A stretch of 64,000 bases of DNA from an uncultured Candidatus Brevefilum sp. (lineage in GTDB: Bacteria; Chloroflexota; Anaerolineae; Anaerolineales; Anaerolineaceae). The notes below the pieces were generated by a model. The model saw nothing but the letters and a program-made list of their open reading frames with translations, was not told the DNA's origin and did not search any database. Below, one piece after another: positions 27,743-37,265 of the stretch (position 1 is its first letter; each line of letters opens with the position of its first letter). The position numbers and the translations under genes were made by a program. The stretch covers positions 6,011 to 70,010 of the forward strand of contig CAYTXE010000001.1 of NCBI GenBank assembly GCA_964441045.1, given 5' to 3'.

Positions 27743-28633
27743 ATGCCTGAAGCAGATAATGAAGGAAAAAACTATTACGAGGATTTACCCCAAAAGGGAG
27801 AACTTTTCTTCTTGAAAGGTTCGACTGAGCTGGATTGGGGAATGAAAAACCGATTAGCCCGCATCTTTAACCCAGATGACGGGCGCACCGTGATGCTGGC
27901 CGTCGATCACGGTTATTTCCAGGGTCCAACCTCTGGGCTGGAGCGGATTGATGTGAGCATTTTGCCCTTGGTGCCGGAAGCTGATGTGCTGATGTGTACC
28001 CGGGGAATTCTGCGCTCTATCGTACCGCCGTCTGTCACCACGCCGATTGTAATAAGAGCATCTGGTGGCCCGAGTATTCTCAAGGAGCTTTCTGATGAGC
28101 AGCTCGCCATGGATATGGAGGATTGCATCCGGCTGGGAGTGTGCGCTACGGCCATCCAGGTGTTCATCGGTGGAGAGTTCGAGTCCCGCTCTGTGGTGAA
28201 CATGACAAGGCTGGTGAACGCAGGTCTGCGTTATGGAATTCCTACCTTGGCTGTCACTGCGGTGGGCAAGGATCTGGAGCGCAACGCCAGGTACTTCCGC
28301 TTAGCTACCCGCATCTGTGCCGAGATGGGTGCCCAGTATGTTAAGACCTACTATGTGGATGAGGGGTTCGAAACAGTGACGGCAGCCTGTCCGGTACCGA
28401 TTGTAATTGCCGGCGGAAAGAAACAGCCTGAACTGGATGCGCTGAAGATGGCCTATAAGGCAATCGACCAGGGGGCTGCCGGTGTGGATATGGGACGAAA
28501 CATCTTCCAATCCGATTCCCCGTTGGGGATGATGAAAGCGGTCAAGGCGATCGTGCACGGAAAAGAAAAGCCAGAGAAGGCATACGATCTGTACCAGACT
28601 ATCAAGAATAAAGAGATTAACCGAATCTCATGA
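27743..28633 (+). CDS. lsrF: LsrF-like DhnA/FbaB-family class I aldolase (3-hydroxy-5-phosphonooxypentane-2,4-dione thiolase-like)
   Basis: 296 aa. It appears colinear with E. coli LsrF as I recall that sequence. Shared stretches include [65 protein letters not shown] (Schiff-base Lys), [12 protein letters not shown] and [21 protein letters not shown]. Confidence 0.7.
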   Translation: MPEADNEGKNYYEDLPQKGELFFLKGSTELDWGMKNRLARIFNPDDGRTVMLAVDHGYFQGPTSGLERIDVSILPLVPEADVLMCTRGILRSIVPPSVTTPIVIRASGGPSILKELSDEQLAMDMEDCIRLGVCATAIQVFIGGEFESRSVVNMTRLVNAGLRYGIPTLAVTAVGKDLERNARYFRLATRICAEMGAQYVKTYYVDEGFETVTAACPVPIVIAGGKKQPELDALKMAYKAIDQGAAGVDMGRNIFQSDSPLGMMKAVKAIVHGKEKPEKAYDLYQTIKNKEINRIS

Positions 28634-29352
28634 GCTACTTACATAAATACTCCAATGAGGTCCGGGACTTTATCAAGGTTTGCAAAAGTCTGGCAGATCG
28701 GATATATGTTACCAGCCAGGGGGGCAACCTCTCGTACAAGCTGGAAGAAAACCTGGTTTTGATCACCCCAACCTGTGTGACGAAGTCTGATGTCTCAGAG
28801 AAGGATGTAGTCTTCATCGATCTGCAGGGAAGGACTGTGGAGGGGACGCGCGAGCCAACCGGAGAAGTTCCCATGTACCTCAACTTCTACCGTGATCGGC
28901 CGGATATCAAGTCTGTTATCCACTGTCACCCGCCTTACACTAACGCCTTTACTATCCTTAAAGGAACCAACTGGCTGATGAAACCGGTGTTTCCTGAGAC
29001 CGTGGCGGAGGTGGGACCGGTTCCGCTTGTTCCATACGACGAACCTCTAACCCAGAAGCTTGCCGACAACTTTGACCCCTTTATTAAGAAGTACAACGCC
29101 TTTCTCATGGCGAACCATGGCCTGACAATTCTAAGTAGTTCCGACATTCGCAGGACCATGCAATTGGTGGATATCCTCGAGGTTAGCTCCATATCCATTC
29201 TGCAGGCTTTGGCTGTCGGGGAGATCAATGTGCTGACGCGGGAAGATGTGCAAAATCTCGAGAACACCATGAAAACAAGAAACCTGCCTATGATTGGATA
29301 CCCTGGAGTGAACGCGTCCATTGTCGACCTGTACTTTCCCGAGGAGCAATAG
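28630..29352 (+). CDS. Class II aldolase/adducin-family protein (aldolase or epimerase)
   Basis: 240 aa with GGNLS, metal-binding His residues (IHCHPPY, MANHG). Its ATG overlaps the lsrF-like stop (ATGA). Confidence 0.8.
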   Translation: MSYLHKYSNEVRDFIKVCKSLADRIYVTSQGGNLSYKLEENLVLITPTCVTKSDVSEKDVVFIDLQGRTVEGTREPTGEVPMYLNFYRDRPDIKSVIHCHPPYTNAFTILKGTNWLMKPVFPETVAEVGPVPLVPYDEPLTQKLADNFDPFIKKYNAFLMANHGLTILSSSDIRRTMQLVDILEVSSISILQALAVGEINVLTREDVQNLENTMKTRNLPMIGYPGVNASIVDLYFPEEQ

Positions 29353-29428
29353 TACCATCTCAATACATCTACTCTTCGTACCTGGGCGAATCAAATACAC
29401 TTTAGAAATCCATTTGTGAGGAATAGTG

Positions 29429-30904
29429 ATGCCATCATCAATGAAAAAGATCAATTGTGTTGCGTTTGATTGTGGGAATTCTTCATTTCGAACAGTGTTA
29501 GGGCAATTCGATGGAACACGCACGACGACAGAGGTTATCAACCAAATCTCACACAACTCGATCAATGTGAATGGCTTGTATTACTGGGACATCCTGCATG
29601 TTTTCGATGGATTAAAACAAGGTCTAAAAGAGGCTGTAAATCGAGCTGGAAAGATCGACTCGATCGGGATTTGTACCTGGGGAATCGATTTTGGTTTTCT
29701 GGATCGAAACGGTTATTTGTTGGCAAACCCGCTCTGCTATCGTAATTCCATTGGTGAAGAGGAATTATCCGGGCTCTCGGATACGGAAAAACGCTGGGTA
29801 TTTGAGCAAACGGGTATCCAGAACAATCGCATCAATTCCCTATACCAATTAACTGGGATCAAGCGGATTATGCCGGATCTGTTTGGAATCGCCCAACACC
29901 TGCTTATGATCCCTGATCTGCTCGCGTATTTCTTTACCGGTGAAAAATTCACGGAGTTTTCAATTGCCAGCACAACACAACTGTTGGATGTGAGAAGCAA
30001 GAGTTATTCTCAAGCAGTTATTGACCGTTTCGGTTTATCACGAAGTATGCTAAAGCCATTAAAAAAGCATGGCGAAGTGATAGGAATGCTCAAGGATTCC
30101 ATTGCAGAAGAGTTGCACATCCCGGCGTGTCCAGTTGTCTGTGTACCATCACATGATACTGCGAGCGCGGTTACAGCTGTTCCAACACAAGATAAGGATT
30201 TCTTATTCATCAGCTCCGGGACCTGGTCTTTGATTGGAACTGAACTTCAGGAACCGATTATTAGTCAGAAGGTGTTTGACCGCGATTTTGCGAATGAAGG
30301 TGGAGTCTTCAACTCAATCACATTATTAAAAAATTCCGCGGGTATGCATATTCCCCAGGGGATCAAGAGAGATCTTGAACTGGATGGAAAAAAATACTCG
30401 TGGGACGAAATCGTTGCATTCGCGAGAGCCTATCGTGATACGCCACGCTTGTTTGATCCGAATTCATTTGAATTATTCAATCCCAAGAACATGATTTCTG
30501 CAATTATGAGCCTGATGAAGAGTAGTGATGGGTCTATTGAACAAGTCGTTGCTTCAACCTATGCTTCGCTGGCATTTACCTACCGTCGCACGATCGAACA
30601 GATACAGGAAGTCACCGGAAATGATTACCCCTGTATTTACATTTTAGGTGGCGGTTCTCAAAACAACTATTTAAACCAATTGACGGCTGACCTGACTGGG
30701 AAACGTGTTGTGTCAGGACCTAAGGAAGCTACATCACTTGGAAATATCGGAGTCCAATTGGTTTCACACTTCGACGACTTCAGCCTGAGTGATATAAGAA
30801 AAATGGTCAAAAATTCAGCAACGATCTCATCCTTCCAGCCCGATACTCATAGGGATGTTCAGTTGATTGAAAATCGGTACAAGGAGTTCATTGACATTAT
30901 CTGA
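29429..30904 (+). CDS. FGGY-family carbohydrate kinase, rhamnulokinase (RhaB)-like
   Basis: FDCGNSSFR (RhaB has DLGASSGRV), IDSIGICTWGIDFGFLD, YQLTG, PSHDTASAV, SSGTWSLIG, NEGG, LGGGSQNNYLNQLTAD and GPKEATSLGNIG. All are colinear with E. coli RhaB as recalled. Confidence 0.8.
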   Translation: MPSSMKKINCVAFDCGNSSFRTVLGQFDGTRTTTEVINQISHNSINVNGLYYWDILHVFDGLKQGLKEAVNRAGKIDSIGICTWGIDFGFLDRNGYLLANPLCYRNSIGEEELSGLSDTEKRWVFEQTGIQNNRINSLYQLTGIKRIMPDLFGIAQHLLMIPDLLAYFFTGEKFTEFSIASTTQLLDVRSKSYSQAVIDRFGLSRSMLKPLKKHGEVIGMLKDSIAEELHIPACPVVCVPSHDTASAVTAVPTQDKDFLFISSGTWSLIGTELQEPIISQKVFDRDFANEGGVFNSITLLKNSAGMHIPQGIKRDLELDGKKYSWDEIVAFARAYRDTPRLFDPNSFELFNPKNMISAIMSLMKSSDGSIEQVVASTYASLAFTYRRTIEQIQEVTGNDYPCIYILGGGSQNNYLNQLTADLTGKRVVSGPKEATSLGNIGVQLVSHFDDFSLSDIRKMVKNSATISSFQPDTHRDVQLIENRYKEFIDII

Positions 30905-31011
30905 GCGGTTCATATTTTGGAATCCCTTCAGAAATCTGTTTATTCAACAGACGGATTGAACATCAGATCGCGCTAATTCAATTATTAAGATGTGCCCCTA
31001 AAAGAATCTTA

Positions 31012-31473
31012 CTATACAACAAGTTCATTGATCAAACGAATTACTTCTTCTGGACGTTGTGTCGAGAAGGTGCTGTCATGGATAGGTCCTTTCTTGATCT
31101 TTAGTTGTATAACAACTCTGAAATACTCGAGGAAATTGACTATTGCCCGATACCTTCCGTCAATATATGCGAAATGAATGCCTGCTCCTCCAATGCAATG
31201 CGAAGGAATCATATCGGAAAAGGATGATTCGAAGTAGCAGCCGTAATTGTAATGCCGCTATATATGGGGGGTATGGTTTGCTTAACACCATATTTGGCGC
31301 TCCCGGTGCGACCCAAACGCCCAACCTACTGATTCGAAGTTAATCAGCGGAATTTTCCATTGGAAGATACCAAATCTGAGGCGCAAATTTAATTTATCCA
31401 TTTGAATGATGGGCATTCTGTAGTTCAATGAATAAAATAATAAGAAGGCGAAAAAGCAGAAGAAAAGTATCAT
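31012..31473 (-). pseudogene. Possible decayed alpha/beta-hydrolase remnant
   Basis: Two short minus-strand ORFs lie in different frames. The downstream one ends ...GPIHDSTFSTQRPEEVIRLINELVV, which resembles an alpha/beta-hydrolase C-terminus (G.H...E.PEEV...I..F). No intact nucleophile elbow is present. Confidence 0.3.
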
Positions 31474-31773
31474 TCATCCTCGGAAGAGATGAGTTCTTGG
31501 GAAGCAGGCGAATAGAATAGCGAAGAGGTCTGTAAGGCTAATAAAAAGGCGTTATGTCTTTTGAGACGAATTTTTTACAAAGTATATAAGATAGTTAGTC
31601 ATTGGTGGTTTCCTAATTCTTTTAACCTGGAAGAGGTTTGACCTCCGCCTCCTAACGGTTTGTGTTACTTGCGCTAGGCCGGGACGAGACAACGTCTATA
31701 AACCAGTACAAACCAAATGCCAGATTCATATTCCAAAAATCACGCAGATTCCTCGACTTCACTGTGTACACTG

Positions 31774-32313
31774 TCAATAATCTGAATACTCCCAAACGCT
31801 ATCCTAAATTACGCTACCATTTTTATGATTGCTGCCAATAAGTCCTCAAATATGTCCAGTTTGCCTTGCTTTGTGAGCCTTTCTCGAAAGACGGACAACG
31901 TTGAATGGTCTGGCGCTCTATGATCCAATCACGATCCAACAAAATATTTTGCAGATAGATTCTAATTAACAAATACTTCCGTCTGAAGCTTAAAAAGATC
32001 AGAAATTTAGGTGAGTAAGCACATTTTGAGGATTTTCGTGGGGTTAAAAGGAGGACCCCCGTATTCTTCAACATCTCCATATAAATTAAGGAGCTTCACC
32101 ATGAAACGATCTCAATCAATGAGTTGATTAAGTAAACATAAAAAATGATCCTCAGGCACAACCTGATCATAGATACAATTGCCAAAAAAGGATTGATCCC
32201 GTGTATTGATAAATCGTCTCTTTGCCATCTTGACCTCGCTGATTGATAATTTCTCTTATTGAATCATAGTCCGCAAAATTCATCAAAAATTGATTTTATT
32301 TTTTAACACCCTC
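31774..32313 (-). mobile_element. 5' fragment of a second IS5/IS1182-type copy (same orientation, inactive)
   Basis: The minus strand from ATG 32228 reads MAKRRFINTRDQSFFGNCIYDQVVPEDHF... and continues with several stops. Segment 31774-32096 aligns colinearly with 24871-25198, mostly identical by eye. The element ends with AACACCCTC at 32305-32313. Confidence 0.65.
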
Positions 32314-32380
32314 TATCTCCCAATTTCACAAATTTCAATTAGAATTATTGAACAACCCAAGTAAGTAAGGTGTTTTCCAG

Positions 32381-34726
32381 ATGACCCTTCCGCCCAGTGC
32401 TACTGACAGACTCTTGAGTATCTTCCTCTTATTATCACAATATCCGATTCTTTCCACGCGCATCAGGGACCTGATGCGAAGAGAATTGTTCCGACAAGGT
32501 TTCTTGGACCAGAAAGCTTTTGAACAGGAAGTGATCCGAAAATCAATCCAATCACAAGAGAGAGAGGGTCTGCAACACCCCCAAATAGAAGAACCCGCTG
32601 AGGTTTGGGAGCGCCGAAAAGCATTCTTACGTGACCAATTGACGGATTTTTATTTCAGCCACCATTTAAGTTTTGAGTTGATCGATGAATTGATTGAAGA
32701 AGTTCTTAACGAACGCGGCGTAACCAGCCACGAAGCCTTGTTTGAGTTCAATCCTGAAGTAGCCCCCCAAGAGATGTTATTTAACCAGGGGATGATGATT
32801 GAAAAATTGCCGCCAGCTGAACGAAAGCCCATGGAAGCGCGCTTGCGGGAGATCAAAGTTGTTCTGATCCGCAATATGATCAGCGACCAGCTGCGTTATA
32901 TTAACATTGCCCGTGACTGGTTCACTATATCCGATCTCATGGAAGTTCACCTGCATAAGATCGGGCATGGTCGGATCGGTGGTAAAGCAGCCGGTATGCT
33001 GCTCGCTGCGCTCATCCTCAAAGGATGTGCTCGGGATGACGTGCGCAATAATATCCGCACTCCCGAATCTTATTATATGGGTTCGGACCTCATGTACACC
33101 TTTATTTCGGTGAACAACCTGATTCATTGGAACGATCAAAAATACAAATCTGAAGATGAAATGCGCCGTGATTATCCCAAAATTGTCAATGATTACGATC
33201 ACTCCAAATTTCCTCCCAGCGTGATCCAACGGCTTGAAACATTGCTGACCTCTGTGGGGAAGCAACCCCTTATTGTACGCTCATCCAGTTTGTTGGAGGA
33301 TAATTTTGGGACAGCCTTCGCCGGTAAATACGAAAGCATCTTTTGCCCCAACCAGGGAAGCCTGGAAGAAAACCTGAAAGCCCTCACCCATGCCATTGCC
33401 CGAATCTATGCATCCACTCTCAATCCAAATGCCCTGTTATATCGGCGAGGACGTGGGCTTCAAGATTACGACGAACGTATGGCCGTTTTGATCCAGGTCG
33501 TTGAGGGGAATCAATTTGATCACTATTATATGCCTGACCTGTCTGGGGTAGCTTTCAGCCATAACCAGTACAGGTGGTCCCCTCAAATCAGATCTGAAGA
33601 CGGCTTTATCCGTTTGGTTTGGGGACTTGGGACGCGCGCTGTGGATCGGGTTGGAAATGATTACCCCCGACTGGTTGCCCTCAGCCACCCAACGCTGCGC
33701 CCCTCCAACACGGTTAGATCCATCCGCCGCTATTCTCAACAATTTGTTGACCTGATCGATCTAAAAGACAACCTCATGAAAACGCTGCCAATCCACGAGG
33801 TTCTGAACGGCAACTATCCTCCCTTGCGCTACCTGGCTCAAATAGATCAAGAAGGTTATTTCCGCTCCATCCGTTCTCGCTTGGTGGACGCTGAACCAAC
33901 ACAGCTGATCCTGACTTTCGAGGATTTGTTGAGACGAACCCCTTTTGCTGAACGCATGCGATATTTACTCAATATTCTTGAGAAGGCCTACGAATCACCC
34001 GTCGATGTTGAGTTTGTAGCGGATGTAATCGAAAACAACGGCAAACCAGACATCAAAATCTCCCTCATCCAATGTCGCCCCCTGAGCTATATTAAAGAAG
34101 GAAGCCGGGTTGAATTGCCGACGAACCTCCCCAAAGAGCAGGTTATTTTTACCTCCAGCATCATGGTGACCGGAGGATGGCTCGAGGAAATCAATTACGT
34201 GCTGTTTGTTCCACCAGAAAGCTATTTCAGCTTGCCCACCCAATCTGCCCGGACGAAACTTGAGCGAGCCATTGGAAAATTAAATGCGGCCATGGGCGGT
34301 GAGAGTTTTATTTGTGTAGGACCGGGGCGCTGGGGCACATCCAATCCTGATCTGGGCGTGCATGTTGATTATGCTGATATATTCAACAGCAAAGCACTTA
34401 TCGAGCTTTCAGGTGAGGGAATCGGGCCAGCTTCAGAGCCTTCCCTGGGAACGCACTTCTTTCAAGACCTTCTGGAAGGTGAAATCTTCCCCCTGGCGAT
34501 CTACATCGGTGAGAATTACTTCAACCGGGACTTCTTCTATAACACCCCTAACCGTCTGGCTGAATGGATTGAGGCTTCGCCAGCCCTGTTTAAGAGATTG
34601 CGTCTGATCAAAGTTCGCGATTATAAACCCAACAGCCATCTCGAACTGGTGATGGATGGACAGAAGGGTCGCGCGATAGCTTTTCTGGCGAAATCACCTC
34701 GAGGCCGTGACGGTCACCTTAAATAA
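32381..34726 (+). CDS. PEP/pyruvate-binding (PPDK_N ATP-grasp) domain protein without a recognisable phospho-His swivel domain
   Basis: 781 aa. GGKAAGMLLA and LIVRSSSLLEDNFGTAFAGKYES match the nucleotide-binding domain of PEP synthase/PPDK. I found no GGxTSHAA-type motif. Confidence 0.7.
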   Translation: MTLPPSATDRLLSIFLLLSQYPILSTRIRDLMRRELFRQGFLDQKAFEQEVIRKSIQSQEREGLQHPQIEEPAEVWERRKAFLRDQLTDFYFSHHLSFELIDELIEEVLNERGVTSHEALFEFNPEVAPQEMLFNQGMMIEKLPPAERKPMEARLREIKVVLIRNMISDQLRYINIARDWFTISDLMEVHLHKIGHGRIGGKAAGMLLAALILKGCARDDVRNNIRTPESYYMGSDLMYTFISVNNLIHWNDQKYKSEDEMRRDYPKIVNDYDHSKFPPSVIQRLETLLTSVGKQPLIVRSSSLLEDNFGTAFAGKYESIFCPNQGSLEENLKALTHAIARIYASTLNPNALLYRRGRGLQDYDERMAVLIQVVEGNQFDHYYMPDLSGVAFSHNQYRWSPQIRSEDGFIRLVWGLGTRAVDRVGNDYPRLVALSHPTLRPSNTVRSIRRYSQQFVDLIDLKDNLMKTLPIHEVLNGNYPPLRYLAQIDQEGYFRSIRSRLVDAEPTQLILTFEDLLRRTPFAERMRYLLNILEKAYESPVDVEFVADVIENNGKPDIKISLIQCRPLSYIKEGSRVELPTNLPKEQVIFTSSIMVTGGWLEEINYVLFVPPESYFSLPTQSARTKLERAIGKLNAAMGGESFICVGPGRWGTSNPDLGVHVDYADIFNSKALIELSGEGIGPASEPSLGTHFFQDLLEGEIFPLAIYIGENYFNRDFFYNTPNRLAEWIEASPALFKRLRLIKVRDYKPNSHLELVMDGQKGRAIAFLAKSPRGRDGHLK

Positions 34727-34735
34727 GCCCTGAGA

Positions 34736-35275
34736 TTATTCGATTCTGGAATGATCCGTCTTGAACAAGGCTCCCCTAACAGGGATAAATGCCTTGTGAT
34801 CATTTAAGCGGTACCATACACCATCCAGCCCCCTTATCAACCCATGCCCCCGCTCAACTGCCCAACGCGCCAATTCATAAGCCAGCAATCCTCCCAGATC
34901 TTCAAGTTGGGTTGAGCTAAGCTCAATGGCGACGATGAAACGAGCACAGCGCAGATGCTTTTCAACTTCCCGAGAGGGTGCTTCTATTAAGAGGCTTTCA
35001 AGCCATTCTTCCCCTGCAGGTTCACGGATATCCCATTCATTTACAATAATCGGTTGCTGTCTGTTAGGAAGATAATAAAGGGCAAAAAAAGGTGCTAAGC
35101 TTCGTCTTACAGCAGCCACTTCCAGCGCCATCATGCCAGTCTCGACCAGCCCCGTGTTCAACCCATACTGTTCACACAAGGTATGGTAATTTGATTGTGT
35201 AATCGCCGCAACCACCTCATCCCCGTCGATATTCCCAAGGGTTTGCAGGTTACATACAATAATCCGATAGTGCAT
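34736..35275 (-). CDS. Hypothetical protein
   Basis: An open frame with no motif I recognise. I prefer the start at MHYRIIV (ATG 35275, preceded by GGAGGGAGG) over the GTG at 35332, which lies inside a palindrome. Confidence 0.45.
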   Translation of the reverse strand: MHYRIIVCNLQTLGNIDGDEVVAAITQSNYHTLCEQYGLNTGLVETGMMALEVAAVRRSLAPFFALYYLPNRQQPIIVNEWDIREPAGEEWLESLLIEAPSREVEKHLRCARFIVAIELSSTQLEDLGGLLAYELARWAVERGHGLIRGLDGVWYRLNDHKAFIPVRGALFKTDHSRIE

Positions 35276-35325
35276 CCTCCCTCCAAATGCTGAGAAATTC
35301 TCGTCACAGACCAATCCAAAGGATT

Positions 35326-35339
35326 GTTTCACGTGAAAC
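35326..35339. promoter_or_regulatory. 14-bp perfect palindrome GTTTCACGTGAAAC (candidate operator, copy 1)
   Basis: Read directly from the sequence. It lies about 50 nt upstream of the preferred start of the minus-strand hypothetical gene. Confidence 0.5.
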
Positions 35340-35426
35340 CATCACGAAAACAGCCTTCATTACAAAGCTAATTCTAGTATAGCCGCGAAATCTGGTTATG
35401 TTCGATCTAAATGTTGAATAAATAAT

Positions 35427-35440
35427 GTTTCACGTGAAAC
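35427..35440. promoter_or_regulatory. 14-bp perfect palindrome GTTTCACGTGAAAC (candidate operator, copy 2)
   Basis: Identical to copy 1, with centres 101 bp apart. It lies about 200 nt upstream of the DUF4432 gene. Confidence 0.5.
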
Positions 35441-35636
35441 GTTCTTTCGGAAGGATCAATCAAAATTATGTCCCGGCAAGTTTGCATCCGCTCATACAAA
35501 AGGTTGTCAGGTGAAAAATAGTATAGAATAGAAGTTGATAAAACCCAATTTTCAGCAATACACAACATTCTATTCTTTGTGCTCTAACTGCAATTTAGCA
35601 CATTCTCATTCATAATTACATTCATCGGAGGTGTAA

Positions 35637-36665
35637 ATGCCCACATTATGGAACAAACATTATTCAAAGGATGATTTAACCGCATATACCAGCACATTAT
35701 CTTCCATAGGAGGGATGCGTCCCTTTATTTACGACCACGGGAAAGTAAAGGGGATGCGTGGCATTGATGTCTTAACTGGGAGTGGTCTGCGCTTTACGAT
35801 CTGGCCTGATCGTTCACTGGATATCGGTCCTGCATGGTTTAATGATAAACCTGTATCCTGGCAGCATCCAGCGCTTGGAACACCTTCTTATTATGAACCT
35901 GATGGATTGGGATGGCTGCGCACCTTTGGCGGAGGGCTGTTGACCACCTGCGGGTTGATGCACATCGGTGCTCCCGATAAATACAAGGGGCAATCCCACG
36001 GTTTGCATGGACGGATCGCTCACATCCCGGCTGACAACTTGCGCATGTGGCAGGAATGGCAGGGAGAAGATTATATGTTGATCGTCGAGGGAGAGATCCG
36101 GCAGTCCATCCTGTTTGGAGAGAATTTACTGCTGAAACGCCGTATCGAGTCTACCCTGGGTAGTAAACAGCTGATACTTAAGGACACCGTCCTCAACGAA
36201 GGAAGTCAACCTACGCCGCACAGCCTGCTCTATCACTGCAATATTGGTTTTCCAATCGTCAGCCCTGCCAGCCATCTGATCATTGAAGATGAAAAAGTTG
36301 AACCACGCACTCCTGTGGCTGCGGCAGGATTAGCTGATCATGCTTGTTTTGAGACGCCAAATGCCGGCTATGAGGAGCAGGTCTTTTTTCATTACCCCAA
36401 AGTTGACTCCGATGGATTCGCAGTAGCTGCACTTTACAATCCAGACCTTCAGTTCGGCATCCGTCTGCAGTGGACGGCAGACACGATGCCGGTTCTGACA
36501 CAGTGGAAAATGATGGGGAAAGGTGAATATGTATGCGGTCTAGAGCCGGGCACCCATGCCATGGCTCAATGGGAAGATCTCGCAGGAAAAGGATTGCCTC
36601 GCACTCTCACCCCTGGTGAAGAGGCATACTATGAACTATCTCTGAAGATAATCGAGAACATCTAA
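35637..36665 (+). CDS. Aldose 1-epimerase-like (DUF4432 / galactose mutarotase fold) protein
   Basis: 342 aa. The N-terminal pattern ...GMRGIDVLTGSGLRFTIWPDRSLDIGPAWFNDKPVSW... and GLHGRI are typical of DUF4432 proteins. Confidence 0.65.
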   Translation: MPTLWNKHYSKDDLTAYTSTLSSIGGMRPFIYDHGKVKGMRGIDVLTGSGLRFTIWPDRSLDIGPAWFNDKPVSWQHPALGTPSYYEPDGLGWLRTFGGGLLTTCGLMHIGAPDKYKGQSHGLHGRIAHIPADNLRMWQEWQGEDYMLIVEGEIRQSILFGENLLLKRRIESTLGSKQLILKDTVLNEGSQPTPHSLLYHCNIGFPIVSPASHLIIEDEKVEPRTPVAAAGLADHACFETPNAGYEEQVFFHYPKVDSDGFAVAALYNPDLQFGIRLQWTADTMPVLTQWKMMGKGEYVCGLEPGTHAMAQWEDLAGKGLPRTLTPGEEAYYELSLKIIENI

Positions 36666-36736
36666 TCACTCGTTGAAGCAGAAGAACCCTTAGACAATCA
36701 TGCTTGGATTTAACAACTTAGTTTTTGATGTGGCGT

Positions 36737-37265
36737 TTAAGGGGAGTGAACACATCGAAATCCAACACTGAGATTATTACCGTTCAGCAAAAACCAGCCA
36801 CGATACGAATCCCTTAACTTCTCTGCAACGCTGTCCCAACCAGCCCCTCGCAAAAGGCTGTAATCCCCATTTCCAGGACCCAAAGGGTTGCTGACATTCC
36901 CCACTTGGCGATAATAACTATTATTGTACCAATCAGTAACCCATTCATATACGTTTCCCCGCCATATCTAACGCTCCGTAAGGGCTGGCGCCGTCAGGAT
37001 AGCTGCCCACCGGCACAGCATCAATCAATGCTTGAGTACGTTTACGGCTGATGGCATTTACCACAATTATGATAAGAATAGCGACGAAAAATACTGCTCC
37101 AGCAGCAATTACCCACTTCAGTCAAGGAGGAATTCCTTTTTCCCTCAATGAAACATTTGCAGCATCGACTATCTGATGCGTCTTCTTATAGAAAACATGT
37201 CCACAGTAACCACACACATTGGCATAGTCTGGAACCCCTTTCCCACAATTTGGGCACTTCATCAT
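36737..37265 (-). pseudogene. Zinc-ribbon / TM / FGE-sulfatase (SUMF1-type) gene relic
   Basis: Minus strand: MMKCPNCGKGVPDYANVCGYCGHVF... then an in-frame TGA (37122-37124). A TM segment follows (IAAGAVFFVAILIIIVV), then VPVGSYPDGASPYGALDMAG. A +1 frameshift in an A-run comes next, then NVYEWVTDWY...LLRGAGW...VGFRCVHSP. Only the C-terminal part of the FGE domain is left. Confidence 0.7.

Noticed and set aside
36737-37265. The FGE-sulfatase/C-type-lectin-fold C-terminus could be a diversity-generating retroelement (DGR) variable region.
   Set aside because: The window contains no reverse transcriptase gene and no template-repeat copy of the 3' end. The gene is visibly broken by a stop, a frameshift and loss of the N-terminal half of the domain.
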